A DNA stretch of 63,980 nucleotides, filler included, from Sphacelaria rigidula (GCA_964200075.2; 3 parts of 3 records of this genome joined end to end with filler, not necessarily neighbours in it); one strand, 5' to 3'. Positions 52,030 through 63,980 are shown, counted from the whole stretch's first letter. The notes: generated by a model from the letters alone, not told the origin. Numbers and translations: made by a program.

Positions 52030-53510
52030 AGTTCCTTGCACATGTGGAACCAACTGCCGCCACACATGCGCGACATCAATTTTTATCTTCGTGGGCCCGG
52101 CTGGGAACCGGCAGTCATCCGAGAACTCAATGATATTCTGCTACAGTATTAAGACCGATTTTCCCGATCAAAGACGGATCTTGGGCATTGCAAAACACTG
52201 CCCTTTGAGGCTACCCTCCAACCCGGTGTCTTGTCGATTTCTTCTCGGCCGTACCGAACAAGGGCGATCCTTACCACGAACGTTAACGCCATCTTGGATG
52301 CGTAGTTGGAAGCGGGATTAATACAACATTCCTCCTCTCCTTGAGCCTTGCCCTTCGTGGTAGTCCCCCAAAAGAATGGAAACATACGCAAAACCGTGAA
52401 TTATCAACGGTTGAACCGCGTCACCGTAGTCGGTAAACTTCTATTTCTCCGTATTGATGAAATCTTCGACTCCTTAGGCGAAGGCAAAATATTTAGCACC
52501 TTCGACCTCGCTTCTGGATTTTTTCAGAATGCTATACACCCTGACACAGTCCCACTGACGGCTTTTTATACCTCGTCCGGACTCTATGAGTGGCTTCGGA
52601 TGCCACAAGGCGCCCCCACTGCCCCGGGATACTTTCAACGCTTAATGCAACGCGTCACCGAGGGCCTCGAGCACATCATCATGTACCTGGATGACGCTAT
52701 CGCTTTCGATGCCTCACCTATTGCACATATACGCACTCTACGCTAATTTCTCTCTCGCCTACGCACGCACGATTTGAAAGTGTCTCCATCCAAAGCTCGC
52801 CTTGGTGCGACTGACTTGAATTTCTTGGGACATTTCATTTCGCTAGCAGGCCTGCATCCGGATACAAACAAAGTCAAGGCGATGAATGATTTGCCAATGC
52901 CAACTAACATTTCTCAACTTCGCTCATTGTTGGGAGAGCTATTCTACTACCGCAATTTTTTGCCGAGTTCATCTAAACGGATTCGCCCCCTTACTGCGTT
53001 ACTCAAGAAAGGAGCCGTGTTTTCTTTCACAACCGGAATGAAGAATATCACCCACGAATTACTCAAGACGCCTACCGAAAAGCCGGTACTTTGCTTTCCC
53101 GATTGGGAGGCAGTACGAGATGGCTCCCACCTTTTCTAACTCCACACTGACGCCAGCACAAACGGATGTGGAGGAGTTTTGAATCAACCTCAGGTTGATG
53201 GCTCTGTCCCACCCATCCTCCATATCAGCCGCGCTATCCTGCCCAACGAGGCTAATTGGAGCCCGCTAGAACTGGAAGGTGGAGTAATCACTTGGGCCAT
53301 TAAGTGCCTTCGACAATGTCTGTTTCACGTGCCCTTTGAGATCTATACAGATCACGGAGCACTCGAACAACTCGCCAAGGTTGGCGAACACAACCCGCGT
53401 GTACAACGATGGTTGGGGTTTCTCACAGCATACCAGTATACCATTAAGCACCGTCCAGGCAAAACCAACGAGAACGCTAATCTTCTTTCTCACCTACCTC
53501 TCCCGCCTAC
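52030..53510 (+). pseudogene. pol: Reverse transcriptase and RNase H (interrupted)
   Basis: RT motifs PFVVVPQKNG, VNYQRLN, FSTFDLASGFFQ, YEWLRMPQG and YLDD (52684). RH motifs LHTDAS, NWSPLELE, YTDH and RVQRW..FL..YQY.IKHRPGK. In-frame stops near 52342, 52744 and 53137. Confidence 0.95.
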
Positions 53511-54129
53511 AGCCGCAGATTCCAGTCCGGCTTGCCGTTCAAAGGAACCCGATGAACCTGAAATTGACGCGATCAGACGTTTCCCAACGCCCGTTTACGC
53601 CCTCGACCTCCAGTGCCCGGAAACCGGTATGCATATGGGAGGACCTCGCCCTCTACCATATGACGCCGTCTTGGGTGGGTTAAAGCCCGCTGCCTCCGAT
53701 TTTGTCGATTTTCGCACTTTCGGTACTCGTGCGAAATTCTTCGCGGAGACACCTACAGTCACCCACCTTATCTCCGACAACACGCGCTCTTGGTCTATCG
53801 CCTGCACCACAACGAGTGCCCCGCCGCCACCGATAACACCTACAAAACCCACGAGCCACGCAGTACAAGTTCCACGGACCAGCATGCAACGCTCCGCGAA
53901 AACTCCTGCAACGTACACCACGCGCCATGAACAATCTTCGTCGCGCACTAATACAGCCCCGCCGCCCACCACGGCGCCGCCAACATTTACCGCTCCCGGA
54001 CACGGCGCTGACGACCTAGCTCCTGCCTCCGGGACAGATATTGATGTCGGCATTCCCGCCCCGTCGCCTATTCCCGCGCCGCCTGCCCCACCATGTTTGG
54101 TCGGCTCGCCAACGTAAGATCAACTACGC

Positions 54130-56332
54130 AAGTTTTTCGCCAGCTACTCCCACCGCGATTGGACTCGCGACAGACCGCAGAACCGCTACGTCGCGCAACC
54201 ATTCGGTACTTACAACTCGACTGTCCAGTCCCTTTTCCATCCACACTTCTGGCCCCGGTTGGGACACTGCCACCACCAGTTACTTCTGACGTATACGAGC
54301 TTGTGCGTAAAGGCACCCTTTTTACTACAGATGAAGATGTGCAACTACTCGTGCGTCCGCCCACGCCTTTGACAGGCGCAATTGCCGTCTCAACGACGGG
54401 ACGCACCGCACGACTACTCAATGACGAACCAACGCGCATATATGTGCCATTATTAATGCGCCCCTGAGTCATGACAGGCTGCCACACAGGCTTGTCATGT
54501 CACCTTGGCGTCACCCGTACTCTCGCGCTCTTGGAACGCTCCTACTGGTGGGTTGGCATGAAAATTTCAACCCGCTTCTGGATTCGGCGATGCTTTAAAT
54601 GCCAAGCCCGAAAAACTTCACGACAGACAGTACGCTGGCTCGTCATCTCTATGGGACTCCCCAACGAGCCCGGCCACCTTGTGTTCTTTGACTACTTTGG
54701 CCCTCTACCGACCATAGGTCGCGGCACACCTACATCTTACTCTTCACTGACCGCTTCAGCCGCCACGCGCCCATGTACGCGGTAACCGCCGCAGATTTCA
54801 CTGCCGCCGGAACGGCCGACATATTGGTCCACGATTACATTAAACACCACAGTTTCCCCAAGCGACTACTTTCAGACAATGGTCAGCAATTTTGCTCAGA
54901 TCTCTCTGATGAGCTTTACAAGCTCCTGGGCATCCGCAATATTGCCACGAGCGCCTACCACCCGAACGGTAACGGTGGTACCAAGAGAGTCAACTCCACC
55001 ATGGCGCAGATACTCTCTGTGGCTGTCAATGACCGCCAAAATGACTGGGACCTCATCTCTCGCACATCATGTTGTCCTACAACAACTTGGTTAATACCGC
55101 CACAGGCCTTTCTTCGAACGGACTTCATCTTGGACGTTACCCTCGGCTGCCTATCACCGTGTTTGAGCGACACACGTCCGACGGCCACCAAGGATTGGAT
55201 TAGGATCAGATATCCTACCATGAGCTAGCGCATGCGCGACAATGCAAAGCGTTTACCCTCGTGCGCGAACAGCACACTATCAACGCCTCGCTCCTAGAGA
55301 GATCTAACACTGATCTCTACAACCTCATGCACAAACGCCCCAACTAGGAAGTTGGTGATTGGGTTTGGATCTACAACAATTTGTCAACCATCCGCCAAGG
55401 CACCAGCAAGGCAGCCAACGAAACAATTTTGAAGACAAAATTGTCCCTCAATTGGATAGGACCATTCAAGATCCTGACAGTCGGACCTTCGTCATCATCA
55501 CCAGATGAAAAACTCGTTGGCGACGAACTGTTCTATCTCGACTTGCCTCGCGACTTCCAGGGCAAAGATACCAAGCCCCGCGTCTCTGTGCACAGATGCA
55601 AACCCTGCACGAACCCGCATGATACAAGTGACATGCCCAAGTACCTGCCTGCCGGACTCGCACAGTATGTTCTCAACAGCTACTCGACCAAGTCCCCGCC
55701 CTACTACGTTACAACCGACGACGTGACGGAACAGCCCCTTCGATTGATCGTGTCATCCATCTCCGGCCACCAGATATCACGTGGTCGAGGTGGCAAAATC
55801 GCTGTCATGTATAAGACACACTGGCACGGTCTTCGGAGAGCGTCTTGGGAACGCGAATCCGACCTGCAATTGCACCACCGTGCAATCCTCCTTTACTGAA
55901 CGCAATCCCCAACATCAGCATCTGGCTCACAACAAGAAATATCGCAACATGCGTCATGGCGCAGCAGCCCGCGAACTTTACCGTAATCAGGGACTACGCT
56001 TTGGTGCCGACGGTTACGAACTTGTACCCACCAAGACTTGTAAGACGAAGTTCTTCGCGAACCAGCGACTCCTGCCCAAGGGCAGCTACCTTTGGTTCGA
56101 AGGCAGCGACAACCTCTTGTGGTTGGGTCAGACCCACTCCGCTAACCTGGTTTCGGCCGACACATACATCGTGCGCTTCATCGATGACCCTGGACCCATA
56201 CAGCTCAAGCTAACCACCAACCCATCTGCACCACACGCATCCTGGTGTCTCCAGTGCCTCAAGTCCAAAGGACTTCGCCGTGGTCTCCAGCGCAGCATCG
56301 ACCACACCCACGACGTCCACGCCCCGCTTTAA
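54130..56332 (+). pseudogene. pol: Integrase (HHCC, DDE, GPF) with chromodomain and C-terminal extension
   Basis: CHTGLSCHLG...CFKC zinc motif, DYFGPLP, LLSDNGQQF, YHPNGNGGT(K)RVN (catalytic E mutated) and WIGPFKI. Chromodomain ISGHQISRGRGGKIAVMYKTHWHGLRRASWERESDL at ~55740-55880. Confidence 0.92.
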
Positions 56333-56597
56333 ACCACGCTTCCCTGTAGCAACTGTTGCCCCACCCCCGTTTTTTCCGTAAACAGTGTCTGCCCTCCCTT
56401 CTCCAACAGGACCCTCTCCTACGACACCACAATAGCGGGACCTACATCAGACGACGATCAAGAATTACTGAGACGACCACCACCTACGACTACCAGAGCT
56501 ATAGTATCTCCTCGCTACTGGCGCTCGATCTGGTTGGATCATCGATTTTCAGATTTATGATCTTGCAGGTTTTAGCACTTTTGGGTTCCCCTAGGTC

Positions 56598-56910
56598 GAA
56601 GCTCTGCTCCCTGTTGTACCTTTGGATTCCCCCAGGTTGAAGCTCTGCTCCCTGTTGTACCTTTGGTTTCTCCCAGGTTAGAGCTATGCTCCCTGTTGTA
56701 CCTCCCTGTTTTTTCCACCCTTAATCTTCGCTAGGACGCCGGAGCAATTTGTGCTTCTTCGTTGATCTCTAGCACGCAGAAGCAGTTTGTGCTGCCGCGT
56801 TTCGGAGCAGTTTTTCTGCTCCTCGAAGCAGTCTATGCTTCCCTTCCTTTGAGGTGTAGGAGTGGGTACAGGAGTGTTGGTACGGGAGTGTTGGGCACGG
56901 GAGTGTTTCC
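56598..56910 (+). repeat. Short tandem repeats in the retrotransposon 3' UTR (~42-bp and ~14-bp units)
   Basis: gctct/atgctccctgttgtacct occurs three times, followed by ggagtgttgg-type units. Confidence 0.75.
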
Positions 56911-56929
56911 TTAGGTATGCATTATTTCC

Positions 56930-58800
56930 AGCACATGGCTTCACGGGTAAAAAAAAACTTAGTTTTCGCTGCTCTGAGGATAGATCCTCGCAGCTATACT
57001 AATGATTCGTCTGGGTGGGTTAGTGTCATGAAGACGCATACTAACCTGTTGTCATGCCGCCTCAGACCTGTTGTCGAATCTGGCTATCTGCATTTCTGGC
57101 TATTTCGTGTTTGGAGTATTCTAAGATACAAGACTACAGGTCTGTTCAGAGTTTGTCAGGTACGAGTGTGAATCTGTATATTGCAGAGATGATGTCGGCT
57201 TTGCTCGCAGAACACGAACAAAGCTGCCACCATCGGTCACTACCTACTGCTCCCCTACTGCGTTCCAGCAAAAGAAATCTCAGCATCGGTGAGACGTATT
57301 GACTGGTTCGAGTTGGATTGATTGATTGGGTACTGGAAATTAGAGACAAGCTAATCAAGAAGAAGTGAAGAACCATCGCGTGAGAACTCGTCTGATATAT
57401 TGTGCTGAGCGGTGTTCAGCAGTGTGCAGATCTGTGCCAGCCTGACTGTTGTCCACTTGCCTTATGAGCTTGTATCTTGGACTACAAGCTGTGTCCTTGC
57501 TATAACAGCATAACAGCCACATTATAAAGAACCAACTTTGGGGGATGCAGGTGATCCGATCGAACACCAGACACTGGTTCTTCACCTTTGACCCCGACAT
57601 TTCGGTTATCGAAATCCAAATTTGCATGGCGTTTGGAAGTTGTCGATAGCTACCAGCAAGTGAAAAAATGGAAGCATACTTCGAAGATTTGGTATGTATA
57701 CAGAGATTTTAATTCTCCAGGTTTTCATCCCCAATAAAACAATCCATCCCCAATTTGTAAAATCCCGTGTTTAATACAAGGTTGCCCTTCGGGAGGTTCG
57801 TATGGGTCTTCCAGGTGTGACCCCCAACCAAGTCGGAAATATATGGTTAAGAAAGGCTGTTGTATCTCAATGTACAGTGATCGTGGCTGTTCATAACATC
57901 GCATGTGTTATCGGATGTCGTTTGGAAATATGGGAATTCGGACGAAGGCCGGCGGCGGAACTGCCGGCGTAGGGCATGTATGGTATTTCCGAGGTGCTAG
58001 AGTGCGAAGTAGCTCTCGTGCCACAAAGACATGACAGCGGGAGGCACTCCCGAAAAATTGGAATGCGTGGAACATTCTTCGCATCTTCTTTGTACATCAC
58101 TGTGGCTCCCACTTCACCGGGCCTTTTTTTCAAAACAGGGTGATGGTTCTTTGCGGCAAAACATTCCTGTGCTGCCATGCTGTGTGCCTTGTTCAACTGG
58201 CCAACGGCCCATTGCACGGTCTTGTGTTTGCTACTGACTAAGGCCAACGCAATGTTCGACTGTTTTCAACTGCTTTGCTCTCATGTTTTCGTGACAATAG
58301 CGGCATAACCGGTGTGTTCGTGCTCCCAAATGAACGAGAACGCGACAAGAAACACGAGGGAAAATACCCCGCCAAAAGTAATCCTGTTTTGAAGACTTCC
58401 ATGATCTTCAACAGGCTTTTTTGTCGTTCGGGTTCTTGTATCAAGTTTTCCGTGATCTCGAAAAGGCTTTTGTCGTTCGGGATCGATACCTCGCGAAAAA
58501 AGGTCAGTTTGAGCGAGTTTCGGTGGCCGGAACACGCGCCACAGGTATCAGATGACATCCAAACCTGAACGGCAATGTACCGCTAAGCCTTCTCAGTGCG
58601 CTGCAAAAGAAAGCGCGGGAAAAAATGCCTTGCCGCCAGGGAGTACTTGGCAAAAGTGGTGAAAAATGTGAAATGATACAGGTACATATATAGAACAGCT
58701 GGAATGAGCCCACACCGCAGGCAGAAAAAATCATCAGCGAGCGAACCGTTCCACTTTTTCTTCTCGTAGCAGGCAACGTGAACGTGCGACACACAGCGTC
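56930..58800 (-). pseudogene. Possible heavily decayed hAT-like transposase remnant
   Basis: Fragments in hAT-like order: FFCLRC...ARHF (BED-like), IWEHEHTGYAAIV...NIALALVSSKHKT, RVLTRWF and LTDAEI. Many stops; interrupted by a MITE arm. Confidence 0.3.
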
Positions 58801-61025
58801 GACGACAAACCGACGGTTAGCACGAGACGAAGAGATGCACCACGCATACATGCAATACGTAGCACACACGAACACAAGGCTTGTCATCCTTCGCACTCTG
58901 AAAATAAACGCTTGAACGATACACTCGACGCGAGCGCTATACTCGACGAGAACGCGGGACCGTTCAGGGGAAGTGAACAGGGAGGGAGGAAGAGAGGGAG
59001 GGATGGATATGATTCTCTTCATCCACTTGTTTTCGTTCATCTTTGAAGAGTGAGCCCAAAAAGACAGAGAAGGGGGGGGGGGGGACATGCTGGTACTCCA
59101 ACCCAAGGTATGCATGTCGTTGTATACCATGGCCGCCGACCCCTCATGTAGGGTAGATACAACCAAAACTCCGTCCGCAAAACAGCCATGCACTTATGTA
59201 GCGTTGCCTCTGCTACTGCCTTCAACACACGCCGCTCCTACCTCCTCCTCTGTCCCTCTCCCGCCGCCCCCCTCACTCGAAAGGAGAAAAAACGCTGCTG
59301 CTACCATACACATGCACAACAATTGCAACGCACGTCACCTGTCTGTATTCGTAGTCGTGCCGGCAAAGCTAACCAGCGTGTACAGCACAGACAACATAAT
59401 AACGACGTGCAATGTCCCTCACACTATCGTTATACTGGCAGCTCAACAAAAAAAAATGAATCGAACCGAACTAACTGAACCATTCCATGTATGCTTGCAA
59501 TCACTATACTTCACCCCGGAAGCTCCGACACCCCTCGCGCGTCACGGCTGCAACACTTGGCATGCACGTGAAATGGGAATTACCCATTAAACCGAAAAAT
59601 AGCCCACAGAATCATGGATCTGTCCAGACCTCTCGGGACTGCAAGAAGGATTTAGGGCACCATACCCGCAGGGAGCGTCTCTACAGTATTATTGTACACT
59701 GAAATCATCCTCAGCACAAAAGTCGCAAAACGTTTGAATTGACCCCATGTATGGAATCACTCCAAAATGACCATGGGGAAGACGAGGAGGGTGGGGGACG
59801 GGTACTTGGAGCAGCCAAAAATGTGTTGACCATGGATCGAGCACTAACCCAAGGTTGCCATCGGCCTCCGAGAGAGGCACAGTTGTAACCCATCAGCATC
59901 CAGTTCTAAACCAGATGGAAGGAAACACTTAGGACCCATTGTAAGAGACTCGACAAAAACAGTAATAAAAAGAAAAAGAGAGAAAAACGAAAGCAGTGGC
60001 CAAAAGTTGCAGATGAACAAAGACTCAACCAACAAACCAACCAAACAACCAACCAAACAACCAACTAAAAAACACACACACAAAGGAGAGGACGAAGACC
60101 TATATCAAAGCGAATCCTCCTCCGTAAAAGAGTAAAAGTAAAAAGTCAATCTTCATCTTGCAAAAACACTGCGCTCTCTCTCCGTGACTCGAGAAATATA
60201 ACGGGCGAGGACATCCACGTTCATATTTTGCGCCGTGCACCAATGTTCTTCACAGCTGCAAAACAATATGAAACAGTTTCAAAGGGGAAAATGAAGGAAA
60301 AGGAAAAGTCACTTACAGCGCAACTGATATGTACGCATACGTGAATACACCGTAACTACCAGAAACAAAGCGAAAACAAGAAAACGATTGTGCCCATTGC
60401 TATAGGGTCAAGACACATATTTCCTATCCATCCTTCATCCATCCTTCAAAAATTGCCCTCAAATCACACATTCCCGCAGACACCCACCCCACCCTGGTCC
60501 CCCCTCATGCCGCGTGTATCTCGACGTAAAACGGCTTGCCATCACCCTTCAAGATTCACACCCGGGCTTTTTCTTCGTCTACGAGCTCATCAAATCAACG
60601 GAAAAAAAAGGCAAGTCTTCCAACAATGACGGCGGTGGCGACGACGACGACGACAGCGACAAACTCCCCGAAATACAAACTCCCCCACCTCTAGTGACCC
60701 AAGGCCTCGCCCTACCATCACCACACTACAGAATGGGTACAGTAGCACGGGAATGAACGCAAAAATCGTCCCTCTCAGCCCATCGCCTCGCCGCCTGCTT
60801 TATATGAACCTACCTACGGGGATGGCGATCAAATTGTGTTTTCAAACGGGGAGCAAATTAACACCCACCGACTCGGCCACCGCCGTCAGTTGCGCTTTCA
60901 TAAATCTATGAATCCATCAAGAGGTAAAGTGAAGTGAATTAATTGTGTCGGAGCTTCCACTTTCTTTGTGGCTGCTCCTACTGCTGCTGCTGCTGCTGTG
61001 GCTGTGGTGGCCCTTTTATTCTTAC

Positions 61026-61097
61026 TTAACTTGACTTGACTGGCAGGCCGTACTTTCCATCCACCGATCCATCGGCCGCGTCCACTAGACGGAACAC
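61026..61097 (-). CDS. EF-hand protein, terminal exon
   Basis: gctgcag| acceptor; VFRLVDAADGSVDGKYGLPVKSS* completes the helix (NEFFE-VFRLV); TAA at 61028-61026. The upstream exons were not found in the window. Confidence 0.82.
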   Translation of the reverse strand: MFRLVDAADGSVDGKYGLPVKSS

Positions 61098-61849
61098 CTG
61101 CAGCAAAAGGGTAAAAGGACAAATGAGTAGATGAGCAGATAAGTAAATGAGTAGATGGGCAGATCAAGAAATATACAAACGACTACATGAATAGATGGAA
61201 TTATGAATATATGAATATGGATACATGAGTACATGTAGAGATAATCCTTTTTTTCTTGGTATGTGGAGCAGATATAAATATCTTCAAAGTCCCAGTGTGA
61301 TAAGTGGTGGTGAGCGAGAAGAGCTCAAGAAAATCGCTAATTACGGAAAAACCACAAAATGCCACAAGATGATGAGTTAGATCGCCCACTACTCTATACC
61401 TTTCGCAGTACCTTTCTTATCGATTGCAACTACTGACCATCATATACTGTCCTGGGTGTCATTTTTTTCCCGCGCATGCGTACTTACAGACTCGCGACTC
61501 ATGCCACCGCAGGGGTTTGCACGTTTGAGCCCGGATATTTCTCACTTGGGGGGCTGCCAAATTCAGGGGCTATTATACACACGAATATGAGTCAGGACGT
61601 TGCCGATTCAAATTTCATTAGGGACATGCATAGCCGATTGGAAGGATGATAGCGGCGTGCCGTCATATATTTCACCGGTCGTGTTGTGGGTGAGACATTG
61701 GGCTCCTAACAATTCAAACCTTGGCAGCCCTACCGCGGCATGACTCCTACGACGGTCGTACAATAAAGGCAGCAAGGGGATACGGCGAGCTGATCATGCT
61801 TCGTGAGTACCGCAGTATGACACACACATACACACACAGACACACACAC

Positions 61850-61945
61850 CTCGAAGAACTCGTTGATGTCAATGGAGTCGTTGTTGTCCATGTCCATGAC
61901 ATCCAGCATGGCATCGAAGTTCTCCAGGTGTTCCCCATCTGCCGC
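61850..61945 (-). CDS. EF-hand protein, penultimate exon (C-terminus resembles PPEF/rdgC Ser/Thr phosphatases)
   Basis: ctctcag| acceptor and gag|gtgtgt donor, 96 nt, phase 0-0. AADGEHLENFDAMLDVMDMDNNDSIDINEFFE contains a canonical EF loop DMDNNDSIDINE. Confidence 0.88.
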
Positions 61946-62055
61946 CTGAGAGTTGATCAGCTCGCATCCCTTTTTTTCGGGGAGGGGGAGGGAGGGGGGG
62001 ACCCGAGAACAAGGGAACAGCACAACATACACCAAAGACGTCAGCAACAAAAAGA

Positions 62056-62531
62056 GGGGGGGGGGGGTGGATGTACTCATAATCTCGCATACTACATATT
62101 TAAGACTTTTGGCCTCGCATCCCTACAAAGCCGCGACCGGGCACGCCGGGTTTTCGGCGGACCAGGGAGGGCGGGGGGGTACTCATGATCTTGCAGCTAG
62201 TCATGTGACCCCGGTGACCTCGCATCCCTACAAAGCCGGGACGTAGAACGTCGGGTTTTCGCCGGCCCAGACTCGTGGGGAAGGTGTACTCGTGATCATG
62301 GATGCCGTAGTCATCAGACCATTGATCTCCCATCACTAGAAAGCCGGAACGGAGCACGCCGGGTTGTCGCCGGACCAGGCTCGCACCCAATCACCAAGCG
62401 CGAAGCGCCGTGGTGTGTTGGGCGAGTCGCATGCAGGGTGAGCTGCATTATCCTGCGAAGATTGTTCGGCATACAGATTATCTTGCACTTGGATGGCAGC
62501 GTACAATGAGTTGCTTTATTTTCTGGTATCG
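62056..62531 (-). mobile_element. Three stacked poly-C-tailed retroposon copies (one long, two ~110-bp short) upstream of the EF-hand exons, probably intronic
   Basis: gtactc(a/g)t(g/a)atc...cctcgcatccctacaaagccg...ggttttcg.cgg.ccag is repeated at ~62072, ~62179 and ~62286, each preceded on + by a G-run. Confidence 0.85.
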
Positions 62532-62871
62532 GGTGTGTATGGGGATGAAAAAATCGACCAACTGACATCACATGGTCATTCCTATCGTATGCCATCAGTG
62601 AAACGTCAAATGACAAAAGAAATATATATATTTACATCTACACTCTCAAGGGTTGCAAATGTTGGGGGGGAAGTGGCATGGCGAAGAAACAAGCAACACA
62701 TGAGAACATGGACTGCGTCACTACAGTATAGCAAACATTCAACAATCGTCAGCACTGAAACAGATCATTTTACCCTCTCTCCCCTCATTGGTGACAATAC
62801 ATATTTTGTTGTCAGGTCACCCTGAGATGTGAAGCTGTTCCGAACCTCCGCATATACCGCAATGATGACTT

Positions 62872-63320
62872 CAAGGGTAGGTCGAGTAGAGTATGTACTT
62901 TTCAGTACTCGAGTAAAATACTCGAGTATTTACTCTACTCGACGTCTGAGTAGGTCGAGTACGGCCTCAAATACTCTACTCAAATTATGAGTAGGTTGAG
63001 TACGGTCTCAAATACTCTACTCAAATTTTGAGTAGATCGAGTATGATCTCAAATACTCTACTCAAAATTTGAGTAAGTACCCTCAGTAATACTTGAGTAT
63101 AGAGTATCACTTGAGTATGACCTCAATACTCTACTCAAATTTTGTGGAGATCGAGTACGGCCTCAAATACTCTACTCAAATTTTGAGTAGGTTGAGTACG
63201 GTCTCAAATACTCTACTCATAATTTGAGTAGATCGTGCACGACCTCAAATTCTCTTCTCAAATATTTAGTAAGCACTCTCAGTAATACCTGAGTATAGAG
63301 TACCCCTTGGGTACGGTATC
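62872..63320. repeat. ~39-bp minisatellite, probably subterminal repeats of a DNA transposon; another unit at 63688-63724
   Basis: gagtaggt(c/t)gagtacgg(c/t)ctcaaatactctactcaaatttt units, each internally near-palindromic, with a higher-order ~175-bp period. Confidence 0.85.
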
Positions 63321-63722
63321 CCTGACAGTCGGCGACTTCGTGACGTCACTTCATAGACTATGTTGACTGCATGGACGAACGATAGCCATTGAGTAGATGA
63401 GCGGCGTTACATCACAGCCAACGAGCAGTATGAGCGAATGGTGGCCATAAAAAATTTAAAAAAACGCGTATGGCCCTTCGACAATAACGCAACATTCATT
63501 CTACCCTAGTTTTGTACAATTCGGTTCTGATCTGAATGTTTGCTGAAGTTTTACCTTGAATCAACACGCAATATGGGTGGGTAACTTTTGGAATACCTCG
63601 GTATTTCCTCTACCCGAGTTTGAGTATCGTGCGTACGAACTTGAATATCGAAGTTGAATTTATAGGTTTTGGGTACATCGGATCCAGCCTCAGATACTCT
63701 ACTCAAATTTTGAGTACGTCGA

Positions 63723-63980
63723 GTGTGTGTTGTGTGTGTTGTGTGTGTGTTATGTGTGTGTTATGTGTGTTATGTGTGTTATGTGTGTTATGTGTGTTAT
63801 GTGTGTTATGTGTGTTGTGTGTGTTGTGTGTGTTGTGTGTGTTGTGTGTGTTGTGTGTGTTGTGTGTGTTGTGTGTGTTGTGTGTGTTGTGTGTGTTGTG
63901 TGTGTTGTGTGTGTTGTGTGTGTTGTGTGTGTTGTGTGTGTTGTGTGTGTTGTGTGTGTTGTGTGTGTTGTGTGTGTTGT
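63723..63980. repeat. 7-bp microsatellite (GTGTGTT)n with (ATGTGTT)n variants, running off the window
   Basis: Read directly from the sequence. Confidence 0.97.

Larger units (their letters stand above)
43336..56915 (+). mobile_element. Decayed Ty3/Gypsy chromovirus-like LTR retrotransposon; 3' LTR not found
   Basis: Domain order gag(CCHC)-PR-RT-RH-IN-chromodomain with many stops and frameshifts. Boundaries are approximate. Confidence 0.93.

Noticed and set aside
56340-56930. 3' LTR of the Gypsy element
   Set aside because: It shows no similarity to 43336-44500 and looks like 3' UTR; the 3' LTR appears deleted.
62940-63300. CRISPR-like array of ~39-bp near-palindromic repeats
   Set aside because: Units are contiguous with no unique spacers, there are no cas genes, and the context is eukaryotic; it is a minisatellite.

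Overview
Eukaryotic, intron-rich and repeat-dense genomic DNA at roughly 50% GC. The long introns, splice-site style and repeat landscape suggest a brown alga or other stramenopile; this is inference, not proof. Host genes recognised, both on the minus strand: (i) a signal-peptide thioredoxin/PDI-family gene most like TMX3, with four in-frame exons at 39451-31976 and an atypical GCRQC active site; (ii) the last two exons of an EF-hand protein whose C-terminus resembles PPEF/rdgC phosphatases (61945-61026). A weaker candidate gene lies near 14.4-13.4 kb. About 43.3-56.9 kb is a decayed Ty3/Gypsy chromovirus-like retrotransposon with a very long low-complexity gag extension, a CCHC knuckle, PR, RT, RH, IN, a chromodomain and a further Tudor-like module. 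The rest holds a decayed LINE, several retroposon 3'-end families ((CAAT)n, (CAA)n and poly-C tails), MITEs of PIF/Harbinger, Tc1/mariner, piggyBac and hAT type, and microsatellites. The most novel signals are (1) a LINE and a non-coding partner family that both end in ATGAGTAC plus a C-rich tail, with ~13-14 bp target duplications starting in a C-run (a poly-C analogue of L1/Alu priming), and (2) the chromo+Tudor-like integrase tail. All calls are by eye; no searches were run.
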